A stretch of 64,000 nucleotides of DNA from Chromera velia (taxonomy: Eukaryota): assembly GCA_018398765.1 (NCBI GenBank), contig JAHBMJ010000157.1, positions 62,001 to 126,000 of the forward strand, read 5' to 3'. The notes beneath the pieces were generated by a model. The model did no database searches. It had not been told where the DNA came from and saw nothing but the letters and a program-made list of their open reading frames with translations. A program made the translations under genes and the position numbers. Positions 11,601 to 24,378 of this stretch are shown piece by piece (the first letter of the stretch is position 1; the number at the start of each line of letters is the position of its first letter).

Positions 11601-12804
11601 TTTCTTCCTTCTGCTCTCTCTCTCTCTGCCTCGGTGTCCCTATCTCAGGCTCGAGCCTAAGGTCGAGCCTGCCTATCTGCATCCTCCATCTCCACATCAC
11701 CAGTACCCCCCTTCCCCTTTTTCTTTTGCTTCCTACCCGTTCCCCCATTCCCTTTCCCTCCCTCTAGCCCCCCCCCCCAGGCCGCCAGCTGGATGAGGGA
11801 GGCCTCCCCCCCGTCCGACCTGGAGTATAGCCGGATCCTGTAAGGAGGGCAGATTGCCCCCCATGGGCCGAGCAGACCGTTCTTCCCCTCTCCTATGTCT
11901 CTTATCCAACTGACCCCCTATCTCCGGAGGAGCCCCCGGCAAGACCCCCGGAATCTGACCCCCCATCCCCGGGGGAGCTACCGGCACATTTCCCAAAACC
12001 TGACCCCCCACCCCCGCAGGTGGGCAGAGGAATGGGGGCAGGGGAAACTGGGGGTGGTAATGAGGCCACGTCTGCTGAAGGATCTGAAGGGAGGGAGGGA
12101 GGTTGGAGTAAGGGAGTGAGTGTGAGAGAGAGGGCTGGGGAAAGGCCAGCAGAGGCTCCCCGACTCCGGTAGGGGGCCCGTTTGATCCCATCTGTCCTTG
12201 TCCCTCGGGGGTGGGTCTGCTCTCCCTCTGCTGCATCCTCTCCATATCTCTATCACTCATTCGCCACGCCCCTCCGGTTCCTTCTGTTCCGTCCGTTATA
12301 ACTCTTCCTCTGCCCCTGTCCCCACCCTTGCTTCTCCCCTCTTCCCTCTCCCTTTCCCTGGAGGCCGAATTTATATTCCGGGTGGCTCCCCCCCAGTGAG
12401 TCAGCGCGAAGTCCCTATTCCCTCCCATATGCAACCCGGCCCCCCCGATGCCCCTCCCAATCCCATCGATTACAGGGGGGAGAGCGTGCCCGAAGCGATT
12501 AGAGGGAGGGAGAGGGGGGCTCAGGTTCTCCCGCCCCCGTTCCAGAGTCCCCCTCATCTGGTCCTCGATTCTCCCCTGTCCATAAGCCCCACCCCCTTGG
12601 CTGAAAGGGGGGGTCGTCCGTCTGTCTCCCCTCTCCCCAGTCTCTGTCCTCCCATCCCCTCTCCCCCTTCCTGGGGAAGAGCCCTGCACGAGGGATCTCT
12701 GGGTATGGGTAGGGGGTCTCTGCCCCGTCGAAACCTGCAGGCAGAAGGGGGGTGAACACGCGTTCGATATCCCTGCTGGGGCAAGAGATGTAGCCTGTCT
12801 CCAT
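8653..12804 (-). pseudogene. LINE N-terminal coding region (ORF1 or polyprotein N-terminus), low-complexity, with a NAC-type UBA motif
   Basis: Chain of long minus-strand ORFs (11733-12689, 10652-11569, 9810-10646, 8637-9803) rich in G/P/S/E/R. A ~125-bp internal duplication lies at ~11480-11720. ESEIDIIMRQTGVERKAAKQALAEGGDLVKAILSL at 11321-11428. Confidence 0.7.
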
Positions 12805-15258
12805 CTGTATACTGCATCCGATCTAACAAAGCTTCATCATTTCCGTTTTCTGAACAAAACCGCCTCTGGACAATCAAAGCATCATGATAGCCAGAAGGGG
12901 AAAAAACAAGCTAAGGTGTAGGCATATTATAAACGTTAGGCGGATAGAAATTTCGTCTCCTCAGCATGCAGAGTTGCTTGACCCGTTGCTGCCCTCTTGG
13001 AGTTGGCTCACTGGCCAACGTCCAAACAGATTAAGGACAGTAATCTTAAAAATCATCTTTCCACAGTGTTGTCTCTTCTTTTTGTGCCGTCTTGGAGCTT
13101 CAGCAGTGACCGGTTCGACCAGGATGTCAACGTGGGCGAACTAAGATTCGGAAAGGTCAGTCACGAGTGAGGTCACTGTCATTCAGTGACATTCATACTC
13201 TGCCATTGAAGCTTGCCACTTTACCATTGATGTTCAACCACTGAACATACCTCTGATGACCTCATCTTTTACAAAATTTTACCACTTGGCAACTCGTTGC
13301 TCGTTTTTCAACGTTAACCTACTAGCTTCTAGCAACGGTTTGGTCTTCACACCCTTTGAATCACAAAACATACACCAAGACCGTCTATCTGTTTCCCTGT
13401 GGGAACCTTTATAGTCCACCGTGTTTGTCTTGGTCTCTTTCATGCTTTCATTTATACAAAAGGAACTCCTAATTTTTTAATACCGCAAGCAGTGCTGTTT
13501 TCGTTTTCCAGAACTGGATTTGCCCTCCCTGGAATGACCGATGAGTTTGTCACTTGTGCCTGCTCCGCAGAGGAAGGAGAGGGCTTCTCTAAAGTCTAGA
13601 AAGCTAAGGAGTGTCTCACCATAGATGTATTCCGCCAAATTGTTGTAGCTTTGAAGTCTCAGCTGGCCGTTTTGCGTATTAGTTAATTTTTATGGACTCC
13701 GAGATGCATACACATACAGATAAGCATGCAGAGCGCTACACACTATTAGACCTTTGACCTCAATTTCCTCTTCACTCCGCTCACTGAGTATCAACTACCA
13801 CGTTGCTCAAGAGAGTCCAACCTAAGCTGTTTGCTGTGTAGCTTGTTTTTTCTTTCTTCTTTGTGCTGCAAATCTATATGGTTCCTTTGTAAGTGCAGAA
13901 TAGCATGTGGATGTCTGCATTTTGTATGCATTCACTTGCATTTGGGTGATTTTTGCATACGCATCAGAATAAAATCAAGTTTAACAGTTTGCGTCTGGCA
14001 TGAGATTTTTAGGAACAATGTATTGATGAAGTCATTCTCAATCTCATGATGCGTTGACTTTCTTTAAGGGGGGGGTTAGGAGGGCGAAGCCCCCTCTATA
14101 GTTTGGCCTTCTGAACGTTTTGGAGCCCATTTTCTAAGTAAAGTTGACTCTTTGAAAACATAAGATTTTTATAAAAAGTTTACAGTTTTACGAATGATAC
14201 CGTTTGTACTAGGTTTTAGCCTTGTACGCTAAAAATGTTATGTCAGTATCGAAATTATCGACGATACCCCCTTTTTTTGGAACCTTAAATTCTAATACGA
14301 TATCGAAAGGATACCGATTCGATACCGATATGATACGATAGCTATCCCTAGTTATCTGACGTCCGCCTTACACCATATATTCATGTACATTACTCTACAC
14401 TATATACATATATATGTGTATATATACAATGGCATATCTCATCACGACATATGAATTTCTTACCTTACACTTTAAAACCATTGCTACTGCCAACAAATAT
14501 GGATGCAGTTGAATTACGGTCCTGGAATAATATTAAGTTATGCTTGATTTTCTCTGACGAAGTGCGAGTGAAAGACAGAGTGACAGAGGGCAGGGATGGA
14601 GCAATAGCATGCATCTTCTATTACTTTTGCGACCTTATGCCTACATGTAGAGCCTGTCTCTCTTGCTCTTTTCATTTGATAAAGCATACTGATCAGATCT
14701 TCTACCTTAGAACGCGGCTCTCTGTTTTCTTTCCCTTTCTCTTCTTTGTCGTGGACTTCTGTGAGCTGTTCGGCAGTCCGCATGCCGGGGGCGAGTGGGG
14801 TGCTTTTTGCCCCCCTAAAGCGGAGCATTTCCATAAAAAATTCGTTCTCATAATTAGTAAGGAGTTAGAAGCTAAAACTTTGTGTAAGAAGACGTTGTAA
14901 CGATAAAAAAAGAACTATGAAACAGATTTTTTATATCGTTTCTCGAAACATAGTAAGAGGAGGCTTTTCCAATATCTTCTTCTCTGATGCATGCACGGAG
15001 TGCACCAGTGTTTCTTTCTATATTTTCTTCTTTTTTAAGGAAAGACTACAAATAAAGGCGATTTCTATTCTAAATCTCTCTGTGCCAACCTAAAACCCCC
15101 TCGAACTGACTCAGTCTTACTTGTTCTTCTCTCTTTCTTATCTTGATTGTTTATTTTACCTGCCTCTTAAACACTTTCTTCTTTCTTTTTTCCATCTCAT
15201 CTACGTTTTTTTCTCTCAACCATCTAACTATTCTGTTTCTTGTCTCAAAAGAAGGCGG

Positions 15259-16452
15259 TTAGCCTGCCTGTGCTGGTATTGCTGGTGCTCTTCTTATCTC
15301 AAACGGGTGTTCACCTCTGTCATACAGCGCTCTAAGACTTGCACTCTCTTCTAAGTGGGGGAAGAACTCATACGGATGCATTTCCTTTCCCTTCAGTCTG
15401 CTGTCCACTCCTCTCTGAACTACATCGATCAATACATGGAAGACAGGGGATTCTCTTTTCTTTTTTAGAACAGCAGCCCCCCATGTCAACGTCCAATCTG
15501 CTACCTCCAGCTCGATTGAAAGAAGACCCCCCTCTAAATACGTTGATACGACGCTTTCTTTTTCTCGTATGCCCAACACCCACCTCTCAAACCTTCTCTG
15601 TAACTGGTTAAATTTCTCAAAACTCTTTTTTGTGCCCCTGTGGATTTCATAGCCATATAGCCAAACTGCCCTGACTGTCTGTTTGAACCACTCAAAACAA
15701 ACACTTGGAGGCAGCTCACCTGTAACTGCTATCTTTACTTTTAGGGAGTAGAAAGCTTTTTTTGTCTTTATGTATCTTTCATACATCATCAGAGATTTTT
15801 TTTCTATCAAACAGTCGTCTGTTATCAAGAGGCCCAGGTATGGGTATTCAGATGCCCTTTTTAGTTCCCCTCCAGCCAAACTGAACTCATATGTCTTCCT
15901 TCTTTCCCGGTCTCTCCATTCCCCCCACATGAAGAACATCCATCTTAACCTAGGTCTTGACTTGGATGAAAGAGGAACTTCTATGTCTTTTATGTAGCCT
16001 TCCGCTCCCTTTAGCAGTGCCTTAAAACCCTTTTCCTCCTTTGAGTCAAGAAATACATCGTCTGCATACAGACCTGCGTCAAAGTCCACTGTGCGTCCCT
16101 GCAGATTCACCTTTACCTTTATCCTTCCTGTCTGTCGTCTGTCTCCCTCTAGTTCTCTGTCTGCGCTCCTTCTTATTTCAGCAGGCATATTGTTGGTATA
16201 CATGGAATAAATGACAGGCCCTGCCGGACCTCCCTGCTTCTCTCCTTTCCTTTCTCTCCACCACCAGTCTGTTCCTTTCACTCTCACCCTGATGTCTCTT
16301 ACCGACTCCACAATCCAATCAGCCATCCAGTCTGACAGCTTATTTTTCTTCAGCTGTCTGTACAGCTTTTCGTGTCTCACTTTATCAAACGCCCTCGTAA
16401 AATCCAAAAAAGCAATAAAAAGCATAAGAGCACAAGCAATATTATTCAACAA
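15259..16452 (-). mobile_element. Reverse transcriptase fragment of a second non-LTR retrotransposon family (5'-truncated)
   Basis: FIAFLDFTRAFDKV, KGEKQGGPAGPVIY, GLYADDVFL, YPYLG, VWLYGYEI, LQRRFERWVLG. The sequence is distinct from the LINE at 1356-12804. A decayed 3' part may extend to ~14500. Confidence 0.85.
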
Positions 16453-16959
16453 AAGAAAAATTACGTCGAACGTATCTGATCCCTTTTTCTCCTTGATTCA
16501 GTCAGTCATAACTAAACTAATATAAAAGATTTCATCGATTCAATTATAAATTATCATAAATCCTGTTTTGGAGGGGATGTTAGCGTATCGCTAACATAGA
16601 TTTAGTCAGTCTGTCATATTCCTTTCAGGCTGACGTCATTATTATAAACGGTTCATAATAATCTTATAGGCAAACCTGTTAAAGACGATTTTTAGCAGAC
16701 CCGGCACCGGAGCTCAGCTCAATTAAGTGTTTACATAGTAAATTGTGACAAAACGCCGGGGTTACGCGCCGGGTTTGTGCACTCAGTCGGCCTTCGAGCT
16801 AGGCTTCGGCCGACCTGGCAAACCTGGTGTTTAGTACCATCGCCGTTTACTATGTAAAGCGCCAGGTCTTTAGCACCTCTACCTATAGGAGTAAAAGAAC
16901 CTGCTATTATGGTGAAGTTCCTGGTAAACGTTTACTATTTGGTTTACGTTAACTTAAAT

Positions 16960-17585
16960 TAGGGATGACTATCATATCAATAACGTATCGTATCGTATCG
17001 GTATCGGTATCGGTATCGAAGTATCGATTATCGGTTCTTTCTCAAGCGGCCAAGTATTGGTTAGTATAGGTTTGTTGAGAGCTTGTGAAGCCTTAGAACA
17101 GGCCGGGCCCCGGTGCTCGAAGAGCGGCCCCATGCAGTAACGCGCGTATAGTATCGTCCCCAACTGGCTCCATGGATGAATGCATGTGCCAGAACCGGCT
17201 CCATGGACACAAGTACTTCAGCCTCAGCGGCCGGAACAGCATAAGCTGCACAACTTGCCTGGCTTCAAGGCAAGACTGTACATTGCATCCAGTCCAACAG
17301 AGCTTTATCATTTCCGTTTTCTGAACAAAACCGCTTCTGCACAGTGGTAATCAAAGCATCATGACAGTCAGAAGGGGAAAAAAGCAAGTTAACTCTTTAA
17401 AAACATGGGATTTTTTCAGAAAGTTTTTAGTTTTAGGAATAATACTGTTTGCACTAGGTTTTAGGCTTGTACGCTAAAAATTTTAGGTCAGTACTAGTGT
17501 TAGTATCAAAATTATCGACGATACCCCCTTTTTTTGGAACGTTAAATTCCGATACGATATCGATACGATATGATAGCTATCCCTA
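16960..17585. mobile_element. Short internally deleted copy (MITE) of the hAT element at 957-14350
   Basis: Ends TAGGGATGACTATC...GATAGCTATCCCTA. Colinear with 957-1273, 12805-12910 and 14140-14350. No clean TSD. Confidence 0.85.
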
Positions 17586-19203
17586 TTAACTTTATGATCA
17601 CTATACGTACAACTACGTACAACACTGGATATAGCTAGTATCCATTGTTATCGGCCCACACATAGCCTGACATAGGCGGTTATAGTGTAGCCCTGCTAGC
17701 TCTGGCGACAGATAGACATAGTGGGAAGGCCCTAGGGCGGAACATATCAATCAATCAATCAATCAAAAATCAATCAATAGTATCATATGCTTCCCCAAAG
17801 GCGTCTAATCTTTGTGAAGTCGATCTAGCATCAAATCGAAAGAAGCAGGGCGGGATAGGGCTATGAGGGCAAGCTTAAAATTGTAATATAATAATGAGAT
17901 GACTAGTGAGATGGTTGTTTTTAATTCTGAGAGGCACACATTCGAAACACTGGTACACTAACCGGCACTGGCCCGGCAGTGGCTGAGGCTGAGACTGTGG
18001 CTCGACACTCTAAACCCTTGCTTGCTTTCCTTTTTGCATGGCCATGCATCTAGCCATGCATGAAGACATTCAAGCGGAGTAACATCCTTCCGCAGTCTCA
18101 CACGCTGTTTCAAGCCTGTTTGAAAGTTTTCGATTCTCTGTCTTTCTCACGCGCTGGCACGCATGCATTGATACGGACACACTCTCACGGACGAACAAAC
18201 TTGCATACACACACACGCTGGCGATGGGAGAGGGCAGGGGGCAGAGGCGGAGAAAAAGAATCTCGAACGCATGCAGCCACACGCACGTATACAAGAAGTA
18301 TGATCACACGTCCCCGCAAAGAAAAATAAATGTCCGACAGAGGCAGCATAATCTGTCTCTTGTCCTCATGTCTGGAAACCCATACAGTATGGGGAACTTA
18401 CCATTTTCTCTGGGTGAGTTTTCTTTAGTTTCCTTTAATTGTGTGCCATCAATTTTACTCACACACCACCGTGACGGCAGCGGCATTGTCACCACCGGGC
18501 TCGTGCATGCATCTGCAATCCATCGCAACGCAGGGGGAACATAAGGACTGGAACAGATAGACACCTACAACCAGACAGGAGCAGAGAGGTCGAGAGCGAT
18601 CCTCATGCCGAGCTAAGAGAAAGATAGGGCGGAGAAAAGAACGACACCAAACTCAGTGGACACACACGAACACGACGGGGGATTCGAGAATCGCACAAGA
18701 CTCGATCCTTAATTTTCATCGAACCTCTCCGATTCCCTTCTAACGTCTCTTCTCTTCTCCACAGTCTACTTTCACACCAGGTCCTGCCCCCTATGAGCAA
18801 TCCGGGGACAGGAAAACAGCGTGCACCAAGTCAGAAACACATTCTCATAATTGAGACGCTCTCCTCGAGCTACACAACACTCCTGCAACAAGAGCCTTGC
18901 AGTCCAATCACATGAAACACATGGTCGTATAAATCTGCTCTCCAGAAAAAATGGAAGCAAACCACTTTTCCCTTTCAGTCCACTGTGTGTCCAGGAAGGC
19001 AACCTCGACAATTAAGAAACGAAGCCAGACAGAAGAAAGAAAGAAACAGAGCATTGACTCTGTAGTTTCCCCCTCTTCCTTTCCTTCCATTCTTCTCTTC
19101 TCTGCATGCAGTTGCGTCGAGTCGATCCAAATTCATCCAAAGAAGACAGGCACACAGGAAGGCAGACAGGTAGCTACCCCCTATTTTCACAAAGATCTGC
19201 CTT

Positions 19204-22200
19204 TCATTTCTTTCCTTCCGTCTCCACCCCTGTCCCTGCTGCCCTCTGAAGTCCTGCTCTCAACTTCTCCATCTGCTCTTCCATCTCTGGCAAGAGAGAC
19301 ACAGAGAACGCACGGGTAAGACGCACGGTTGACACACGACGCGCCCACGCACGTTGCTTCTCTTCCGCCATTCTCGATTCCTTCTCCCTCCCTCCGTCCT
19401 CATCCAACCGCCCCCTTCCCTTTCCATCCCTTCCCTCTGCCTTCGATTGCGCGTTTTTGGGCCTGCGGAAAAACGCACAGCAACCGGGATTCAAGGAGGA
19501 TGAACCTTTTCTAATCAAAAAAGACACCGAGGACTGCGACCTGGGAACACGACGTCGCCTAGCCAGTCCTTTCACGAACTCATCAAACGTCACCTCTTTC
19601 TCACACTCACAACCGACAGAGGACCCAGAGGGCGACGGGCCTCCCAAAGGAGAGGAAGGAAAGATTTCTTCAAAAGAGTCTGCAATGATCTCTCCCCGGA
19701 AGGTCAAACCGAGAACTCTCTCAACGTCCGAGAGAGAGAAACTCGCCTCAACCCTTTTGCCGCCATCTGACCTCTGTCGGTCAACTAACAGGCTTCCGGT
19801 CTCATCTGACTTGTCCAACCCTTCACTCTCCCCCTCGACTTTCATCAGTGCACGAGCTCCCCCACCCATCGGGACCGACACGCAACAGCTGCCGTCCCTT
19901 TCCCTCTTCATCCCCAAATTGCTCGCTTTTCTTTTCACACCCGGAGCACAACCTGCAAGGACTGTGAAGGCAACGCGGAGAACCTCCACTGCCGCCGCAC
20001 CCCCTCTCTCCAACTCTGGAAGGACACACAGCGCAGCAACGAGATCGGAAAAGAAAACTTCCCCTCCCTCTTCCTCACTACATACAGCATTAACATAAGC
20101 TCTTCCAATCAGAGAAGAGTCGAGCGATTCTGCGGGACCGCTCCGTGCAGTCACAGACCCCATTGCTGCCCCTGCAGTGTTTGTACTTACAGGGTGTCTC
20201 GATCTCGACGCTTTCCCTACCGACCCCGGAACCCCACCCCCCTCTAACACATCGGTGTGACACACAGGAGACGGCTCACGAAGAGACGGCAACTCCTCAA
20301 CAAAAGGAAAGCCACCAGAGAGACGCAAACCCATGCAAGAATGCCGTCTCTCCGCCTCGGGGGTGAAAATGTCAGCAGGTTCCCCCGTCCCCTCTTTCTC
20401 TTTCTGTTCAGCTGATGTCTCTCTAATCGTTGCCAGAGTCTGTGCTATCTGACCCTCGCCTGCAAATACCCCCGCCCCCTCCTCTTCATCTTTCTGTTGA
20501 TGTTGGAGCTTCTGCCCACCTCCCTTCTCTGTTCCCACATTCGGCTCTTCCTCCCCCGTCGTCTTCCTCTCGGCCAGATCCACGGCTTCCTCCGGGGTAC
20601 GTGCTCTCGTCTCCCCCCCCCCCTCCCCTCCCTTCACCCCCCCAGCCTTCACAGGACTCTCACCCTCCCCAGAGGAGGCGCGAAAGAGCAGCGCAGACTC
20701 GGAGGGATGCCGAGCTAACGCTGCAAACATCTCCCTAACCTCTTGGGGTGCCAAGGTGACAGAGGAGCACGAACGGGCTTTTTGCCACTTGACCCCCGAG
20801 GACAGCGTCCTCCAAAAGCGGCTCCCGGCCCCTCTTTCCTCCGTGAGGCGGTCGGATGCCTCGGGGGGGGCTGGGTGCAACAAGGCGTTGTCTGACGGTG
20901 CGGTGGAATCTATGGAGGCAGTGCGGAGTGCCCCCTTGTTGCTGGGATGCGGTCCTGTCTTCATCCCCCCCTTTCTGAAGCTTTTGCTTTGTTGTACAGT
21001 CTGCACGCGGGGACGGGGCGTCGACCGCTGGAGTCGAAACACCGCGTCTCTGAACTCGGGAAAGGTGAGCGTAGCGGGGCCAGAGAACCCCCCCCTGACT
21101 GCTGTGAAGGATTCGAGAGCACTTCTACCCGCTTCTGTGTCGTTGCGGGCGAAGTAGAGGGCCTGCGCGGCAAGGAGACACACGGCTCTCTCGAAACTGT
21201 TGAGCTCTTTGAATCTGCTGATACGGGACAACACTCTCTTGGGGGAAAATTCCTTGTCAACGAAGGACTTGGATGAAGAGGCGGGGAGCGCACTCGGGTC
21301 GGATTCTGTCACAGGGGCAACACAGGGGTCGGACATGAACATTCCTCCGGCCTCTGCCTGCAGGGAGGCTTCTCTTGAGGAGGGGTTGACCATTGGGGGG
21401 GGGGTCCAACTCAACCATGGGTGTCTGACTGCCTCTTCTGCTGTGAGCCGTCTTGAAGGGTCTTTGTAGAGAAGGGATCTCACGAAGGCCCTACCCTCTG
21501 GAGACACGCGGGACCATCGGGACTCGGCAAATTGGGGACTGTCGCGCGCTATGCGACGGAAGAGGTCTTCTTTTCTCTGCCCGTAGAAAGGGAAACGACC
21601 GGACAGAAGGTGATAAACGATCACTCCCAGCGACCACATATCGGCAGAGAAGCTATGGCTGCCCTCAGAAAACAGCATCTCAGGGGGAATGTATGGAGCA
21701 GTACCCATGCAACCATGAAGTCCCCCCTTCTCCCCCTCAGCCATCAGATGAGCGAAACCAAAGTCAATCATCTTCACCTGAACTTCATCGAAATCGGGTC
21801 GGACAAACACGGGACTGTATGGATCGTGCTGCCCCCCATTCTCCTCTAGATCGCTTCTCATGATGCACAGAAAGTTCTCAAGCTTCAAGTCTCGGTGCAC
21901 GACTTTGCGCTCGTGCAGATACCGCACTGCATCGAACATCTGTCTGCAGAGAAGCCGCACCGTATCCTCTCCCAGAGCAATGCGTTTCCCCCCTCCTGCC
22001 TCCAGCGCCTGCTTCAGGTTACGGCCTGCATTCACACACACACACGCACAGAAGATGCACACAGTCCCGCAGCTGCAAGCTCTCACACACGTACGCGCAT
22101 CTCTGCACTTACACTCATGTGTTTCTTGGCCACCCCAACAAGCGCACCCACGCATCCTGACCCCTGAAAGCACGCCGAGAGACAAGCAGAAGAGCCGAAG

Positions 22201-23065
22201 GCGAATAGTCAGACGAACGCAGGCACCTGTACCCAGTGAACAAATCAAGACAGCTAGCTAGATGCAGTCAGTCACTGACCAGGGCAGAATTCGGTGACCA
22301 GATGGATGCCGTTGGTGTCCACATAGACCGCCATCACCTTGGCGATGCTGGGATGGTCCACGGCCAGGTGGAGTTTCACCTCATTCTTCAAGAGCCTTGC
22401 CTGCAGAGGCATGGGGCACAATCATGCAGTCAGATTTTTTCTCTCTTATGCAATTTCAGCTGCTTTGTCAGGGGCCTCGCACACAGCAGGATGGAAGGAA
22501 GAAAAGCCGAGTAGTGTGAGGGACAAGGAACGCGAAGGCCTTCATATAGCCGGAATGGTGGGACAGCAACGGTCTGGGACCACAGGGAGAAAAGGCAGGA
22601 AAGACTTTAGGCAGCAGGAACTTAGGGGAAGATAACTGACGTTGGCTTCGCTTATGTCCTTCAAGACGAATGACTTGATCGCAATTTTCTGGTTCGTGCT
22701 CTTGCAGATGCCCAGCTTTACCTCTCCTGCGAACACACGATGCAGGCACGAAAAACAATACATCAACAGTCAAGCGGCAAGTGGCAGAGTCTTCTGAAAA
22801 GCCAGTAAGCAACCACCGCCCTTGGACCTTGAGCTGACCTGTCCATCCAGATCCAACGACATGTTCAACCTTGTAGTCGCCTGCAAAGAAGGAGACGGAG
22901 ACGGATTCAATTTTTTTCGATAAACCGGCAGCGAATGTCCATTACAGTTGCGGTGGCCTTACCAGTCAGCGGGCGAAATCTGATTCTTTCATTCTCCAGA
23001 GACGCCCCGACCCTTAAGAACTCGAATCCCTCCCCTGTCAACACAGTCGACCCTGCCTGCCCCAT
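19204..23065 (-). CDS. Calcium-dependent protein kinase-like (CAMK group) kinase, 5 exons, with degenerate EF-hand region
   Basis: Exons 23065-22963, 22880-22839, 22726-22641, 22400-22280 and 22025-19204 join in phase with GT-AG. Motifs: MGQAGS start, VGSGWTGEV, IAIKS, NEVK, HLVTEFC, HRDLKLEN, DFG, GTAPYIPPE, DMWSLGV, HPWL. A junction-like RISRFKELNSFERA is followed by EF-hand relics LTFPEF, FFSDLVAA, VTFDEF. Confidence 0.9.
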
Positions 23066-23379
23066 CTCCACGAAGTCAAAGAATGCGAAGAAATTATAAG
23101 ACCGCAGTCAAAGAGACGGTTGAACCTCGGCCTTCAACCGAAAAGCCCGGCCTGCAGGCAGCTTGTCGGAGGTTTACTGGCACAGAATAGAAGCAGCTTA
23201 GCTTACTATCACAGGACTTGTGAGTGAGTGTAGCGTACAGGTTCGTTGCCAGGTGCAGATGCCAGGGCGAGTCTCACTGTCTCAGCCACTGGGGCTGCAT
23301 GCGTGGGAAGGACTTGACGTACAAACTTCTCTTTCGCACTTTGCGGGGCCGGACTGAAGGAATTAATTAACTTTGGAAT

Positions 23380-23520
23380 GGCCCCGGAAAGCGACAATTT
23401 CTCTATATTTAAGTGCCCCGTGCATCTTTACGGCGCGGAGTCCCGCGCGGCGGCGCCTGGCCCACTTTTTGAGCGGGCGGTCCCGTGCGCACGATCTTCT
23501 TGGACGTACGTATCGGTCGA
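23380..23520. promoter_or_regulatory. Probable bidirectional promoter region between the kinase and light-chain genes
   Basis: CpG/GC-rich patch between divergent start codons at 23065(-) and 23855(+). Similar patches precede other genes (~40740-40830, ~48200-48255). Confidence 0.35.
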
Positions 23521-23854
23521 CAGGTCAGGCAATCACCATACAAATTTTGAAGTGAAGGAGAAGGTTTCCCTCAATCCAAATCAGTATACAGATCTGCAGG
23601 GCATTGAACGTTCCTATCGACTTCTGACTTTGGACCCAAATCCCTGCATGCAGGTGCCCACAGCTCGACCTACACAAACCAGTGAACAAGACCTTTCAGT
23701 TTCTTCTTCTGAGAGCTCCAGATTCAGTTTGTCAGACTGACACTTCGAGGACGAGTCGTCTGTGACAGCGCCTTGACAGAGACACACTCCCCATCAGGAC
23801 TCAAACAAACCATCAGTTTCCAAGGAAAGCAGCCGCTCCGATTGAGCCTGCAGA

Positions 23855-24345
23855 ATGGACGCGCAGTACACAAGTATCTTCCATTTCTACGATTCCGACG
23901 CCGACGGTCAGTATCCCCCCCTCCTCACATATACAGATCGTTTTCTTTCCCTTCCCATGCAAAGTTTTCTCCAGTCTTTTGCATGTTTCACGAACGCATG
24001 TGCCTGCAGGCTTTCTGAGTCCCCGGGAGTTCGCAAATGCTCTCAGAGTCGTCGGAGGAAACCCCACGTAAGTCAGACAGTCAAGCAGTATCATTCGTGT
24101 CTTGTGCTCAGATTCACGCGGATACGAAAAACTCACGGAAGGTGCACGGGCATTCACATCTTGGAAGCATGCGGACAAAGTGGAAAGTAAATAAGCATGA
24201 AAATGTGGCTGCGAAAATACGTGAACCCCGAGAGAAAAGAACCACTGGGAACCCACAAAGGCGGCAAACAATCGGACAGATTCAGTAAAAGACAAGTAGA
24301 CTGATTGAATGACAGATCGGCAGGTGAGTGAGACACGCAGAAAGA

Positions 24346-24378
<33 letters not shown>

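Larger units (their letters stand above)
1356..12804 (-). mobile_element. Large non-LTR retrotransposon (APE-RT LINE), copy 1, decayed and probably 5'-truncated
   Basis: APE, RT and C-terminal CCHC motifs lie on the minus strand. There is a ~1.26 kb 3' UTR and a (CAT)n(TAT)n tail at 1356-1387. The 3' 3.7 kb is closely similar to 53961-57725. Confidence 0.9.
957..14350. mobile_element. hAT-superfamily DNA transposon (non-autonomous or decayed), expanded by nested insertions
   Basis: Perfect 19-bp TIR TAGGGATAGCTATCGTATC at 957 and its reverse complement ending 14350. Identical 8-bp flanks GTTATCTG at 949-956 and 14351-14358. Subterminal TATCG/CGATA repeats. Segments 957-1273, 12805-12910 and 14140-14350 are colinear with the short copy at 16960-17585. 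Confidence 0.9.

Noticed and set aside
12910..14140. hAT transposase gene inside the large element
   Set aside because: No long ORF or recognisable BED, DDE or dimerisation motif.
16949..17593. 8-bp TSD around the short hAT copy
   Set aside because: The flanks ACTTAAAT and TTAACTTT do not match.
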